A model generated the notes under the pieces. That model did no database searches, had not been told where the DNA came from, and was given only the letters and a program-made list of their open reading frames with translations. Positions 1 through 7,990 of a stretch of DNA of 64,000 nucleotides are shown here, one piece after another. Both the position numbers and the translations under genes were made by a program. This stretch comes from an uncultured Nanoarchaeota archaeon (GTDB taxonomy: Archaea; Nanobdellota; Nanobdellia; Pacearchaeales; GW2011-AR1), in the NCBI GenBank assembly GCA_963779925.1, contig CAVZZS010000002.1:540-64539 (forward strand), written 5' to 3'. The stretch's first letter is position 1. Each line of letters begins with the position of its first letter.

Positions 1-298
1 AATTGCAACAGAACCAGAACTAGGAGAATTGCAAAAAGGCATGCCTTCAAAAGAAAAAGCCATGGAAATCACAAGAAATTTTGAAAGATTGATGGTAAAT
101 GTTCTTAAAAATTTGAAAGAAAGCGTCAAAGGAAATATTGTTTTTACTGCCCCATTCATTTTTACAGGAAAAGAAAGAGTCTCATGCAATTTCAAAGATA
201 TGGGCTTAAAGGCTGGACTGAGGATTATTCTTGAACCAATAAATGAATTCAGAACCGATTCTATTATCGGAAGAAGCATTGTGGTAATGAAAAAATAA
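1..298 (+). CDS. 3' end of a CDS entering from the left window edge (hypothetical protein)
   Basis: The frame is open from nt 2 (IATEPELGEL...) to the stop at 296-298. The track's TTG start at 29 is probably internal. I recognise no motif. Confidence 0.4.
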   Translation, partial: IATEPELGELQKGMPSKEKAMEITRNFERLMVNVLKNLKESVKGNIVFTAPFIFTGKERVSCNFKDMGLKAGLRIILEPINEFRTDSIIGRSIVVMKK

Positions 299-345
299 AC
301 AAAGAGAAGTATTGGAAATTAAGATTTTTTATTCAATTAAAAATA

Positions 346-353
346 TTTATATA
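346..353 (+). promoter_or_regulatory. TATA-box-like octamer (tttatata) 22-29 nt upstream of ATG 375
   Basis: It shows the same spacing as about 30 other genes in the window (see findings). This supports ATG 375 rather than the track start at 312. Confidence 0.55.
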
Positions 354-374
354 TCATTATTTATAGCGTATCAT

Positions 375-899
375 ATGGGAAAAACACTACTAAAGGCATT
401 GGCACTGGCAGTAGTAGTGGCAACGGCATCATTGCCAAAACTTTTTGCTGAAAACCCAGATTCTAATTCAACCTCAAATGATTCAGGATCTTCAGTGTCA
501 GTAGGATTGTCTTCTCCCTGCCATGGCTTGCTTGCATTAAGAGGGGTTTATGATTTTAATAATAACTTTGGAGTTCAAGCAGATCTGGGAGTTGGAGTCT
601 CTGGAATTGATTTAAGATACAAGAAAAGATTATTTGATTCATTAGATGTATATGGATACGCAGGAGTTATCGGAATTTCTCCTTGGATTCCGGCATATCC
701 TTATGATTTATCCCAAAGTGCAAACGGGCCTGCTTTCGGTGCGGATATAGGCGGGGGAATAGAAATTGGCGGAAGAAAAGGTTTCTTATTTGGAATAGAG
801 GGGGGATTAGTTTTACCAATACCTTCTCAACAAGATAATACACAAGCATTCCGTGTTGATCTTAATCTTATGTATAGAATTCCCTTAGAAAAGAAATAA
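375..899 (+). CDS. Secreted Gly/aromatic-rich protein with an alternating-hydrophobic pattern, candidate small beta-barrel (OMP-like)
   Basis: N-terminal signal-like segment MGKTLLKALALAVVVATASLPKLFA. It is followed by repeated amphipathic strand-like segments (FGVQADLGVGV, VYGYAGVIGI, AFGADIGGGIEI, FLFGIEGGLVL, AFRVDLNLMYRI). A TATA octamer sits at the canonical distance from ATG 375. Confidence 0.5.
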   Translation: MGKTLLKALALAVVVATASLPKLFAENPDSNSTSNDSGSSVSVGLSSPCHGLLALRGVYDFNNNFGVQADLGVGVSGIDLRYKKRLFDSLDVYGYAGVIGISPWIPAYPYDLSQSANGPAFGADIGGGIEIGGRKGFLFGIEGGLVLPIPSQQDNTQAFRVDLNLMYRIPLEKK

Positions 900-983
900 A
901 TCAATTCTATAGAATAATCTGAATTTAGTTTTCATTAAAAGTCATGAGTATTTAACACTCACAAAGCTTCAGAAACAAGAAGT

Positions 984-991
984 TTTTTAAA
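984..991 (+). promoter_or_regulatory. TATA-box-like octamer (tttttaaa) 22-29 nt upstream of the rpl35ae ATG
   Basis: Canonical spacing to ATG 1013. Confidence 0.5.
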
Positions 992-1012
992 CTATTTTTC
1001 TAACTTATTAAA

Positions 1013-1273
1013 ATGGTTAAAGGCATTGTTGTACAATTCAGACGCGGGAATCATACTGTCCATGAAAGACAGTTTCTGATAGAAGTTCACGGCGTAAAAA
1101 CAAAAGAAGAAGCTGGAAAATTCGTTGGAAAAGAAGTTGAATGGAAATCACCAGCAGGCAAAATAATCAAAGGCAAAATCTCAGCTGCACACGGGAACAA
1201 TGGAGTTGTAAGAGCAATCTTCGAAAAAGGACTTCCCGGACAGTCTATAACAACAGAGATTGAAATAAAATAG
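1013..1273 (+). CDS. rpl35ae: Ribosomal protein eL33 (L35Ae)
   Basis: 86 aa. VKGIVVQFRRG...HGNNGVVRAIFEKGLPGQ is the typical L35Ae pattern. It lies directly upstream of L10e. Confidence 0.88.
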   Translation: MVKGIVVQFRRGNHTVHERQFLIEVHGVKTKEEAGKFVGKEVEWKSPAGKIIKGKISAAHGNNGVVRAIFEKGLPGQSITTEIEIK

Positions 1274-1274
1274 A

Positions 1275-1850
1275 ATGGGATTAAGAAAAGCAGCAGCATA
1301 TTCGAAAAGGATAGTGGTTCCTTATACTAGAAAGAGCAAAAAGAAAAGCAAGTCCTATGTAAAAGTTGTTCCACCTTCAAAAGTGGTCAAATTTACCATG
1401 GGAGATGAAAAATCATTCAAAGAGGGAAAATACCCTTATTTACTTACAATTGTTTCAGCTGAAAGAGTTCAAATAAGGCATAATTCTATTGAAGCATGCA
1501 GGCAGTATATTAACAAAGAATTAGATAAAATCCTATTGGGAAAATACCTGTTCAAGATTCTTCCTTATCCTCATCATATTCAAAGAGAAAATAAGATGAT
1601 TACCGGAGCAGGTGCAGATAGAATGCAGACTGGAATGGCCCTCTCTTTCGGGAAATCTATGGGGAGATCTGCCTTATTAAAGCCCGGAACAAGACTATTC
1701 TTCTTCGCTGTTGCCAATGAAAGTGGCGTCAGGGTCATAAGAACCATTCTAAAAGAAATAAGGTCAAAAATGCCTGGGCATATAAAGGTGTTACAGTCTA
1801 TGGAGCCAAGCTATAAGCTTATGGAAGCTATAACAGAACCTGCTGCCTAA
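1275..1850 (+). CDS. rpl10e: Ribosomal protein uL16 (L10e)
   Basis: PYTRKS...PHHIQRENKMITGAGADRMQTGMALSFGK matches the conserved L10e core (PHH.RENKM..GAGADR). Confidence 0.9.
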   Translation: MGLRKAAAYSKRIVVPYTRKSKKKSKSYVKVVPPSKVVKFTMGDEKSFKEGKYPYLLTIVSAERVQIRHNSIEACRQYINKELDKILLGKYLFKILPYPHHIQRENKMITGAGADRMQTGMALSFGKSMGRSALLKPGTRLFFFAVANESGVRVIRTILKEIRSKMPGHIKVLQSMEPSYKLMEAITEPAA

Positions 1851-1884
1851 TTCTATTTACTTAATAGTAGTAACAATCATAAGA

Positions 1885-1892
1885 TTTATAAA
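1885..1892 (+). promoter_or_regulatory. TATA box (tttataaa) 22-29 nt upstream of ATG 1914
   Basis: Exact tttataaa octamer at the recurrent spacing. Confidence 0.55.
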
Positions 1893-1913
1893 TACTAAAT
1901 ACCACTATTTTAC

Positions 1914-2477
1914 ATGGCAAACGAAAAGAAAGAGCCCACAAAAGAAGAAATTGAAAAGCAAAGAGTAGCTTCAAGAGAAGCAGCTCTGAAAACTTTCAAA
2001 GGAAAAATGCTAGATTTAGCAACTGCTTTTTATGTTGATAATGATAAAGGATATGGTGAAAAAGACAATGCTGCTGTTGATGATTATATTTATGGTCCTG
2101 CAATGGGAAGCGACGAATACAAAAACCTTATGAAAGCATCGAGACAAGGCGGAAAGAGATATACTGGATCTGAATATGGAGTAATCCAAACCGCCGGAAA
2201 AATTGTCCGAGAATCACTTATGTCTTTAACTGTTCAAGATATTCTAAATTTGATGGGTTCTAAGACAAAGGTAAGAGAAGATTTTGAAAAAGGTTATATG
2301 GCTGATTACTTGCAGTCTGAAAATGAAGATGCAAAGAAATTTGCTCAACAGGCTATTGGAACTTATCTGGGATATTTAACTCAAACAAAAGTTGCAGAAG
2401 CTTTGGTAAAACAAGCTCAGGCAGGAAGAGCAAGTTTGGAAGATTTAGTAAAACAAGAAGAGCCTAAGAAAAAGTAA
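1914..2477 (+). CDS. Hypothetical protein (187 aa, K/E-rich termini)
   Basis: Long ORF with its own canonical TATA spacing. No recognisable motif. Confidence 0.55.
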   Translation: MANEKKEPTKEEIEKQRVASREAALKTFKGKMLDLATAFYVDNDKGYGEKDNAAVDDYIYGPAMGSDEYKNLMKASRQGGKRYTGSEYGVIQTAGKIVRESLMSLTVQDILNLMGSKTKVREDFEKGYMADYLQSENEDAKKFAQQAIGTYLGYLTQTKVAEALVKQAQAGRASLEDLVKQEEPKKK

Positions 2478-2489
2478 GGAGATAAAAAA

Positions 2490-2717
2490 ATGAGAAACAT
2501 AGAAAAAATATTGAAAACTGGATTTGCAGTTGGGGCTATAACTATGGCTCTTTGGGCTGGAAATATAATCAAGAATAAACCAGTCGCATATACTGGTGCT
2601 GTAACAACTGCAGTATGTTGTGCGGGAATGATTAGATTAGGCAGATCTCAGGATAGAAACTATAATTCTAATAATAGAGATTATAATTCACGCAACAATA
2701 ACCAGAATTACAATTAA
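2490..2717 (+). CDS. Small membrane protein with an Asn-rich tail
   Basis: AAGGAG Shine-Dalgarno-like motif just upstream. One or two hydrophobic helices. C-terminal NYNSNNRDYNSRNNNQNYN. Confidence 0.45.
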   Translation: MRNIEKILKTGFAVGAITMALWAGNIIKNKPVAYTGAVTTAVCCAGMIRLGRSQDRNYNSNNRDYNSRNNNQNYN

Positions 2718-2719
2718 TC

Positions 2720-3766
2720 CTATTCCTTCTGATTTTCTTCTTCGTTGTTAATCTTTAAATCGATATCTCCGCTGCTAATTGTTGAATCTACTAACTTAGC
2801 CATTACTCTTATGAATTCATCAGTCCTTTGCTGCCACATGTCAATTTCTATTCCTTTCAGGTCATGCAATTCTCCATGCGAAATTTTCTTGTATAAATAG
2901 AGCAAATCTCTGTACCAAACAACATATTTCATGTCAAGATTTTTGCTGTCAACAAAAGTCTCCCTTAAATTCAAAGGTATATGCTCTGGAGATGGAGGAA
3001 GAACATTTCTTGATATAAGGGCAGCATGAGCAGAATCAACCATCGCCCAATATAACCCTTCAATAGAATTCAGCTGCGCTGCCTTGCTTCTCAAAAAATG
3101 CTGAGGAGCCCTTTCAAGGCAACTATAAACCGCTTCAGGCGTTGATCTTATTTTACCTTTTATCAATAAGAATTTCAATGGCTCGAAAAATCCTCCAAAG
3201 TCAATCAATGATTCTCCATATCTTATGACATTTATAATCATAGGATCTCCTCTCATCAAATCATCCCACCACGTGCTGAGCTTTATTGTATTTACATGGA
3301 TGTCCCTTTTGTAAGGATTCTTTTTTACTAATTTATCCAGCTCTTCCCTATACCATGAAATTAATTCCTGATCCCAACTGATAGCAACATCATCAATTAT
3401 CATGATAATATCAATATCTGATCCCGGAACGGTAGTCTGCTTCGCAGTCGATCCGAAAAGAACAATTGACTTTATCACTTTGTTGAATCGCTCATAAACT
3501 TTCGTGGCAAAATCCATTGCAATATCCAAGTCTCTTGAAATGTTCAATGTCGGAGAATTTTTTGCATTGCTTGCATTTTTAACAACTTTTACGGAAGTGT
3601 AGCTTAATTTAGGAGCTTCTTTTTTAGCAGCTGAATGATTTTTATGATGTTTTATTTTGTGATGTATTTTATGAGGCGGCTCTTTAACAATCTCTTTTTT
3701 AATAACAGGAGACTTTTTTTCTTGCTTTTCTTCAACTTTTTTAGAAATTGCTTTTTTCTTCACCAT
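2720..3766 (-). CDS. Pol-beta-superfamily nucleotidyltransferase domain protein with a Lys/His-rich N-terminus and a helical C-terminal domain
   Basis: LFGSTAKQTTVPGSDIDIIMIIDD is the G[SG]...D.D minimal nucleotidyltransferase signature. The N-terminal 60 aa are K/H-rich and low-complexity. Confidence 0.7.
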   Translation of the reverse strand: MVKKKAISKKVEEKQEKKSPVIKKEIVKEPPHKIHHKIKHHKNHSAAKKEAPKLSYTSVKVVKNASNAKNSPTLNISRDLDIAMDFATKVYERFNKVIKSIVLFGSTAKQTTVPGSDIDIIMIIDDVAISWDQELISWYREELDKLVKKNPYKRDIHVNTIKLSTWWDDLMRGDPMIINVIRYGESLIDFGGFFEPLKFLLIKGKIRSTPEAVYSCLERAPQHFLRSKAAQLNSIEGLYWAMVDSAHAALISRNVLPPSPEHIPLNLRETFVDSKNLDMKYVVWYRDLLYLYKKISHGELHDLKGIEIDMWQQRTDEFIRVMAKLVDSTISSGDIDLKINNEEENQKE

Positions 3767-3821
3767 CTTCTTTTTAATATAAACCCTAGCCCATTTTTAA
3801 ATATTATTGAAAATATATTTT

Positions 3822-5572
3822 CTACTCCATAGGTTGGCCGCCCATCCTGCCTCTTCCAGTTTGTCTTTGTCCGCCTAATTCAGAAGGAAGCGTTGAAAAT
3901 CCAGAGCCGAATGTTTCATAATTAATCTGCGGAAGCATTTGTCCATAACCGCTGAAATATCCTTCACTGCCGACTGCTTGATTCCAGTATGGCTGCATTT
4001 TTATTCCATAAATAGGAGAGCCGAAAGCTTCCAGAGTCTGCTGGAAAGGAGAAGTTTTGAAATGCTCCCACCAATTTCCTGCCTCAATGACTTTTCTTGC
4101 TTCGAATCCTTTCTGGCCTAGCTTTTCCATAATCTGCTTGATTGGAACATTACCCATGCCCATCGGCAATTCTGTATGCTCAAATCCGAAATTATCAGAA
4201 AGATGAACATGCTTGACAAGGGGGGCGATTTTCTCAGCTTCTTTTATGACATCTTCTTCAGTATAGCCATATTTTCTAAGCATGTTAATATGCCCGACAT
4301 CCCATGTAACCCCAATTAATTTGTTCGCCTGATTTCGAGCATCTTTCTCTGAGATTCCTTCTTTTTTTGCCAAATCAACAAATTTGTTTCTTGCAGATTC
4401 AACCAAGTTCTTCAAATCTTCAGCTCTCGAAAGCCCGCCCCCTACAGGAGGGTTTTCTATGCTGATTATCGGTGCATTCTCCTTGAATTTCCTATAAGAA
4501 CTAAATGCAACATTTGCAAAAGTTGTAGCTGTTTTATCGACGGCAAAATCTTCAACAGGCTTATAAATCTCAGGTGCAGGCAAGGAATTAAGATCCCTCA
4601 TCAATAAATCCATCGCTCTTGATTGCCCTGACAAATCTTTTACATTGCCGAGAGCTTCTCTGAACTCTTTTGAGATATTGACTAATTCTTTTTGATTATT
4701 TTCATTGCTGAACTTATATGCTTTTTCGAATAATCCCGAAAGATGCTTGTGAATCTCATTTAATTCAAGGTGGGCATTATTGTATCTGTTAGCCACATCT
4801 CTCTCAGTTGGTGTTAAGCTTTCATACTTAGCTCCTTGTTCTATTTTCTTCTGGATTTCACTGAATATAGGCTCAGTCTCATTAATCATCCTGTCCGCTC
4901 TTTCTTTTATTGCAACAAGATTTGTTATTGAATCGCTCCATTCTGTCCTGTTTTTCACGCCAATCTGCGTCTCTGCGCTTACTTTCTCTCCTTTTCTTAA
5001 TTCTTCTTCATTCATTTCAGGATAATACCTCTGTTCTGTCTGGACAAGAGCTATTTGCCCGGACTCTTGATTTATTATCGGGAGTTTTATTTTTTCTTGG
5101 CCTTCTTTCAATCTTTTATATTCTGGCCCCTGCCAAGTCACAGAAGAATGGAAAGTTACAGGGATATTTCCATTAGGGCCCATTTCATGGCTCTTTTCAA
5201 CTGCAGACTGCATCTGCCTTTCTGCTTCTTCTCTTGCTATCTCACTGTATACCCCTTGCTCGAAATTCCAGACGGCTCTACTAATGGCGCGTGAACAGAA
5301 ATATCAATGCCGGTCAATTCGCTCAATCTTTTTACTTCTTTTAATTGCTGAGTTGGAATTGATTCGAAAACATTGGGCTGAATTGTCGAAACTTCGATCT
5401 GCCTTGCTCCTGACTGCAACTTTGTCGAAACTTCCTGGAGAATATTTGCGGTTCTTGGATCCGTAGCCATGCCAATTTTTCCAGCAGAAATTCTGTATCC
5501 TGTAAAGCCGGAATTTGGATCTAATGTAGAATATCCCCCCTGGTAAATATCTTCAAGATGATAGTCGTCCAT
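3822..5572 (-). pseudogene. Xylose-isomerase-like/AP-endonuclease-2-type TIM-barrel protein with a large helical insertion, split by a frame change near 5262-5285
   Basis: The upstream ORF (5237-5572) ends ...GIDISVHAPLVEPSGISSKGYTVR*. The downstream frame is open from 5303 and reads ...AVWNFEQGVYSEIAREEAERQMQSAVE..., continuing to VTWDVGHINML...HVHLSDNFGFEHTELPMGMGNVP. Together the two parts form one TIM-barrel family protein. Confidence 0.6.
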
Positions 5573-5618
5573 ATTGATGCCTCTTTATTAATATCCGAAT
5601 GGATTTTAATTTATTAAC

Positions 5619-6050
5619 TTATTGATTTGGCGGATGTTCAGATGAATCTGAAGGCAATTCTTTGTCGGCATAGTCATTAGGCGTTTTTTCCCCATATTTG
5701 TTCCCTGTATAATTAGTTTCATATTTTGTCTCGGAATAATTCTTTCCTTCCTTGTCTTTATTGTTCTTTATTCTCGGCGCAAATGCCAAACCACCCTCAA
5801 GGGAGCTGCCCATAGGAATATTCTCAAGATTACGCCTCGATGAAGGATTTAATCTGAATCCCTCTGAAAATTCAATATCTCCAAAATCATCTTCCTCGTC
5901 TGAATCATTCTTCGGCTGCTCTTTGCTCTTGATTTCTTCAAATCTCTTTTTCTTCTCGAGAATAATTAATTTTTTTGAATGAGAAACTTTAGAATTACTT
6001 CTTGGTTTTTTGCCTTTTTTAGTCAGTATCTTTTTCATATCGATAATCAA
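5619..6050 (-). CDS. Hypothetical low-complexity (K/E/D/N-rich, probably disordered) protein
   Basis: Its start overlaps the upstream gene's stop by 4 nt (6047-6050), which suggests translational coupling. Confidence 0.45.
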   Translation of the reverse strand: MIIDMKKILTKKGKKPRSNSKVSHSKKLIILEKKKRFEEIKSKEQPKNDSDEEDDFGDIEFSEGFRLNPSSRRNLENIPMGSSLEGGLAFAPRIKNNKDKEGKNYSETKYETNYTGNKYGEKTPNDYADKELPSDSSEHPPNQ

Positions 6051-7519
6051 GGATAACTCGGCATTCCATGAGCTTTCTTGTAAATGTCAAAAAGATTAAA
6101 GGCCAGTTCCTTGGCAGCTGTGTTTGCAAGAGGCCTCAAATAAGTTTTCTCAAGAAAATCTTCCGACTTAATCGTTTTAGCTTCTGATTTCGCACCAACT
6201 CGACTTTCTTTCTGATTGTATAAACCTAGAAGGGCAAAGAAGGGATTTGACGTATCTCTCGCTTTCTCAGCTTTCTTTTCAGATTTCTCTTCTTCTTTCA
6301 AAAACATGTCTATATCTTCCTGCAGCTCTTCTATGCTTCCTGTTGTTCCCTCTATCAATTTCAACGCATCTTCAACATCGGATTTCGAAAGTTCTTCATT
6401 CACTTTTTTTAATTCATCGCTGTTCAGGGAATATCCTGTAAAGACAATATCTGTTCTTCCGCCAAATACGTAATGCTGCTGATAGGCAGAAGTTTTCTGG
6501 GGAATCCCCCTGAAATTAAATTCGACAACAATGCAGCTGAAATAATCTCTTTTTATGCTTCCTTTCTTCTGCAGTTTCATGAAATCTTTCGGAAGCTTTA
6601 ATTCTTCGACATTTCCCTTGATATCCAGTTTCGATTTTCCAAGCAATGTTAATTCAAGGAGTATTGTATTGAATGTCTTTACAAGAGAAGGATTTCTTGA
6701 ATTTTCTTTCATTTCCAATTGCTGCGCTGCCCTCAAATAAGGCTTTGCCCAGCGGGAATAAAGCTTGACACTGTTAACCTGGCTCTTAAGATATTTCCTT
6801 TCAAGCTCATATCTTTTCCTCAATTCTTTTTCAGATTCAACAACCCATAAATTGAATTCATGTATTCTCTGCTTTATCACTCTCTTGACTCTATCATTCA
6901 AATCTATCTCTTTTCCTTCAGGCCCCCTTAAACTTTCATCCTGCGCGAAAAGAAAAGCATCAATCAATGTCTGATAGCCAACCTGCCCTGCAACAGCCAT
7001 GCCTTTTATGCTCGAATTCCCCTTGTTAATATCGACCCTGTCCATCCAGATTTGTTTCAGAGAAAGCCTTGCTGCTTCAGCCTTATCTTTGTTCTTGGAT
7101 TTCAGATCTATGTATGTTTCAAGCCTTATTTTGAATTCTTTCAGATCATAAATCAGGTTCAGCATGCTTCTTACAACATTGTTTATGTCTCCAAGAATTT
7201 TTGTCGCCTGCGACTGCATTACTGTTGCCCTTTGGCCCAATTCTGAAAAATGCCCGCTTCCAGGGGATGAAGTGAAATTATCCGTAATCTTTTCCGGAGA
7301 AAGCCTCATATCATTCATCAGATCAAGTATAAAAAAATAAATCGGCTCCAATGTTTCCGACGAAGAATCATAGACTATTGTATGCTGCTCGAGAGGCTTT
7401 GGCTTTATCTCATCTGCCGGAATTTTGTCAAGGCTGCGATATTTGTTAAGCAGCTCCTCTTTATTTTCTGCATAGAGATTAGGATTAACTTTTCCAATAA
7501 TTTGATGGATAGTTGCCAT
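6047..7519 (-). CDS. Hypothetical 490-aa protein (conserved-looking, coiled-coil-rich)
   Basis: Long ORF. The start is re-assigned to ATG 7519 (MATIHQIIGK...) because a TATA octamer at 7541-7548 has the canonical spacing. I recognise no catalytic motif. Confidence 0.6.
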   Translation of the reverse strand: MATIHQIIGKVNPNLYAENKEELLNKYRSLDKIPADEIKPKPLEQHTIVYDSSSETLEPIYFFILDLMNDMRLSPEKITDNFTSSPGSGHFSELGQRATVMQSQATKILGDINNVVRSMLNLIYDLKEFKIRLETYIDLKSKNKDKAEAARLSLKQIWMDRVDINKGNSSIKGMAVAGQVGYQTLIDAFLFAQDESLRGPEGKEIDLNDRVKRVIKQRIHEFNLWVVESEKELRKRYELERKYLKSQVNSVKLYSRWAKPYLRAAQQLEMKENSRNPSLVKTFNTILLELTLLGKSKLDIKGNVEELKLPKDFMKLQKKGSIKRDYFSCIVVEFNFRGIPQKTSAYQQHYVFGGRTDIVFTGYSLNSDELKKVNEELSKSDVEDALKLIEGTTGSIEELQEDIDMFLKEEEKSEKKAEKARDTSNPFFALLGLYNQKESRVGAKSEAKTIKSEDFLEKTYLRPLANTAAKELAFNLFDIYKKAHGMPSYP

Positions 7520-7540
7520 GCATAAAATAATGAATAAGAG

Positions 7541-7548
7541 TTTAAAAA
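7541..7548 (-). promoter_or_regulatory. TATA-like octamer for the 490-aa gene (start 7519)
   Basis: tttaaaaa on the plus strand, 22-29 nt from the ATG at 7519. It pairs with a divergent octamer at 7575-7582. Confidence 0.5.
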
Positions 7549-7574
7549 ATGTTTTAATCTCCACCCTCAATAAT

Positions 7575-7582
7575 TTTAAAAA
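7575..7582 (+). promoter_or_regulatory. TATA-like octamer for the divergent 113-aa gene (ATG 7604)
   Basis: tttaaaaa at the canonical spacing. Confidence 0.5.
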
Positions 7583-7603
7583 GAATATCTGCATATAGAA
7601 GTC

Positions 7604-7945
7604 ATGGGTTTATTCGGAAGAAAAGAAAAGACAATTGATTTAACCGAAAGGTATCACAGACAGAAAGAGAGGATTGATAATCTGAAAGAAAGCATGAAGC
7701 AGAATGCTGCAACTTCTTCACAAACTCCGACTCAAAATAGCTTCGGTTTTTTAAGAGAAATGGCTTCTTCATCCGCACAGTCTTCTGATTCAGACAATGA
7801 CGAGAATGTTGATGAAAGGAAAAGAAAACTTGCAAAAAGGCTTTCTGACATAACTGAAAAGCTGGAAGATATCTCGACGCAGATTTATCACTTATCACAG
7901 CGAGTTGAACTTCTTGAAAGGAAAAACAAACTGGGATTTGAATAA
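7604..7945 (+). CDS. Hypothetical small protein: MGLFGRKEK N-terminus, S/Q-rich linker, C-terminal coiled coil
   Basis: 113 aa. The C-terminal ERKRKLAKRLSDITEKLEDISTQIYHLSQRVELLERK has a heptad pattern. It has its own promoter octamer. Confidence 0.5.
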   Translation: MGLFGRKEKTIDLTERYHRQKERIDNLKESMKQNAATSSQTPTQNSFGFLREMASSSAQSSDSDNDENVDERKRKLAKRLSDITEKLEDISTQIYHLSQRVELLERKNKLGFE

Positions 7946-7961
7946 TATTCCTAAAATTAGG

Positions 7962-7969
7962 TTTATAAA
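7962..7969 (+). promoter_or_regulatory. TATA box (tttataaa) 22-29 nt upstream of ATG 7991
   Basis: Exact octamer at the canonical spacing. Confidence 0.55.
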
Positions 7970-7990
7970 TTAAATTTTCTTTAATGATTT

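Noticed and set aside
312-374. N-terminal extension (MEIKIFYSIKNIYISLFIAYH) of the beta-barrel candidate from an alternative start.
   Set aside because: The extension covers the TATA octamer itself (346-353). ATG 375 has the canonical spacing and yields a normal signal peptide.
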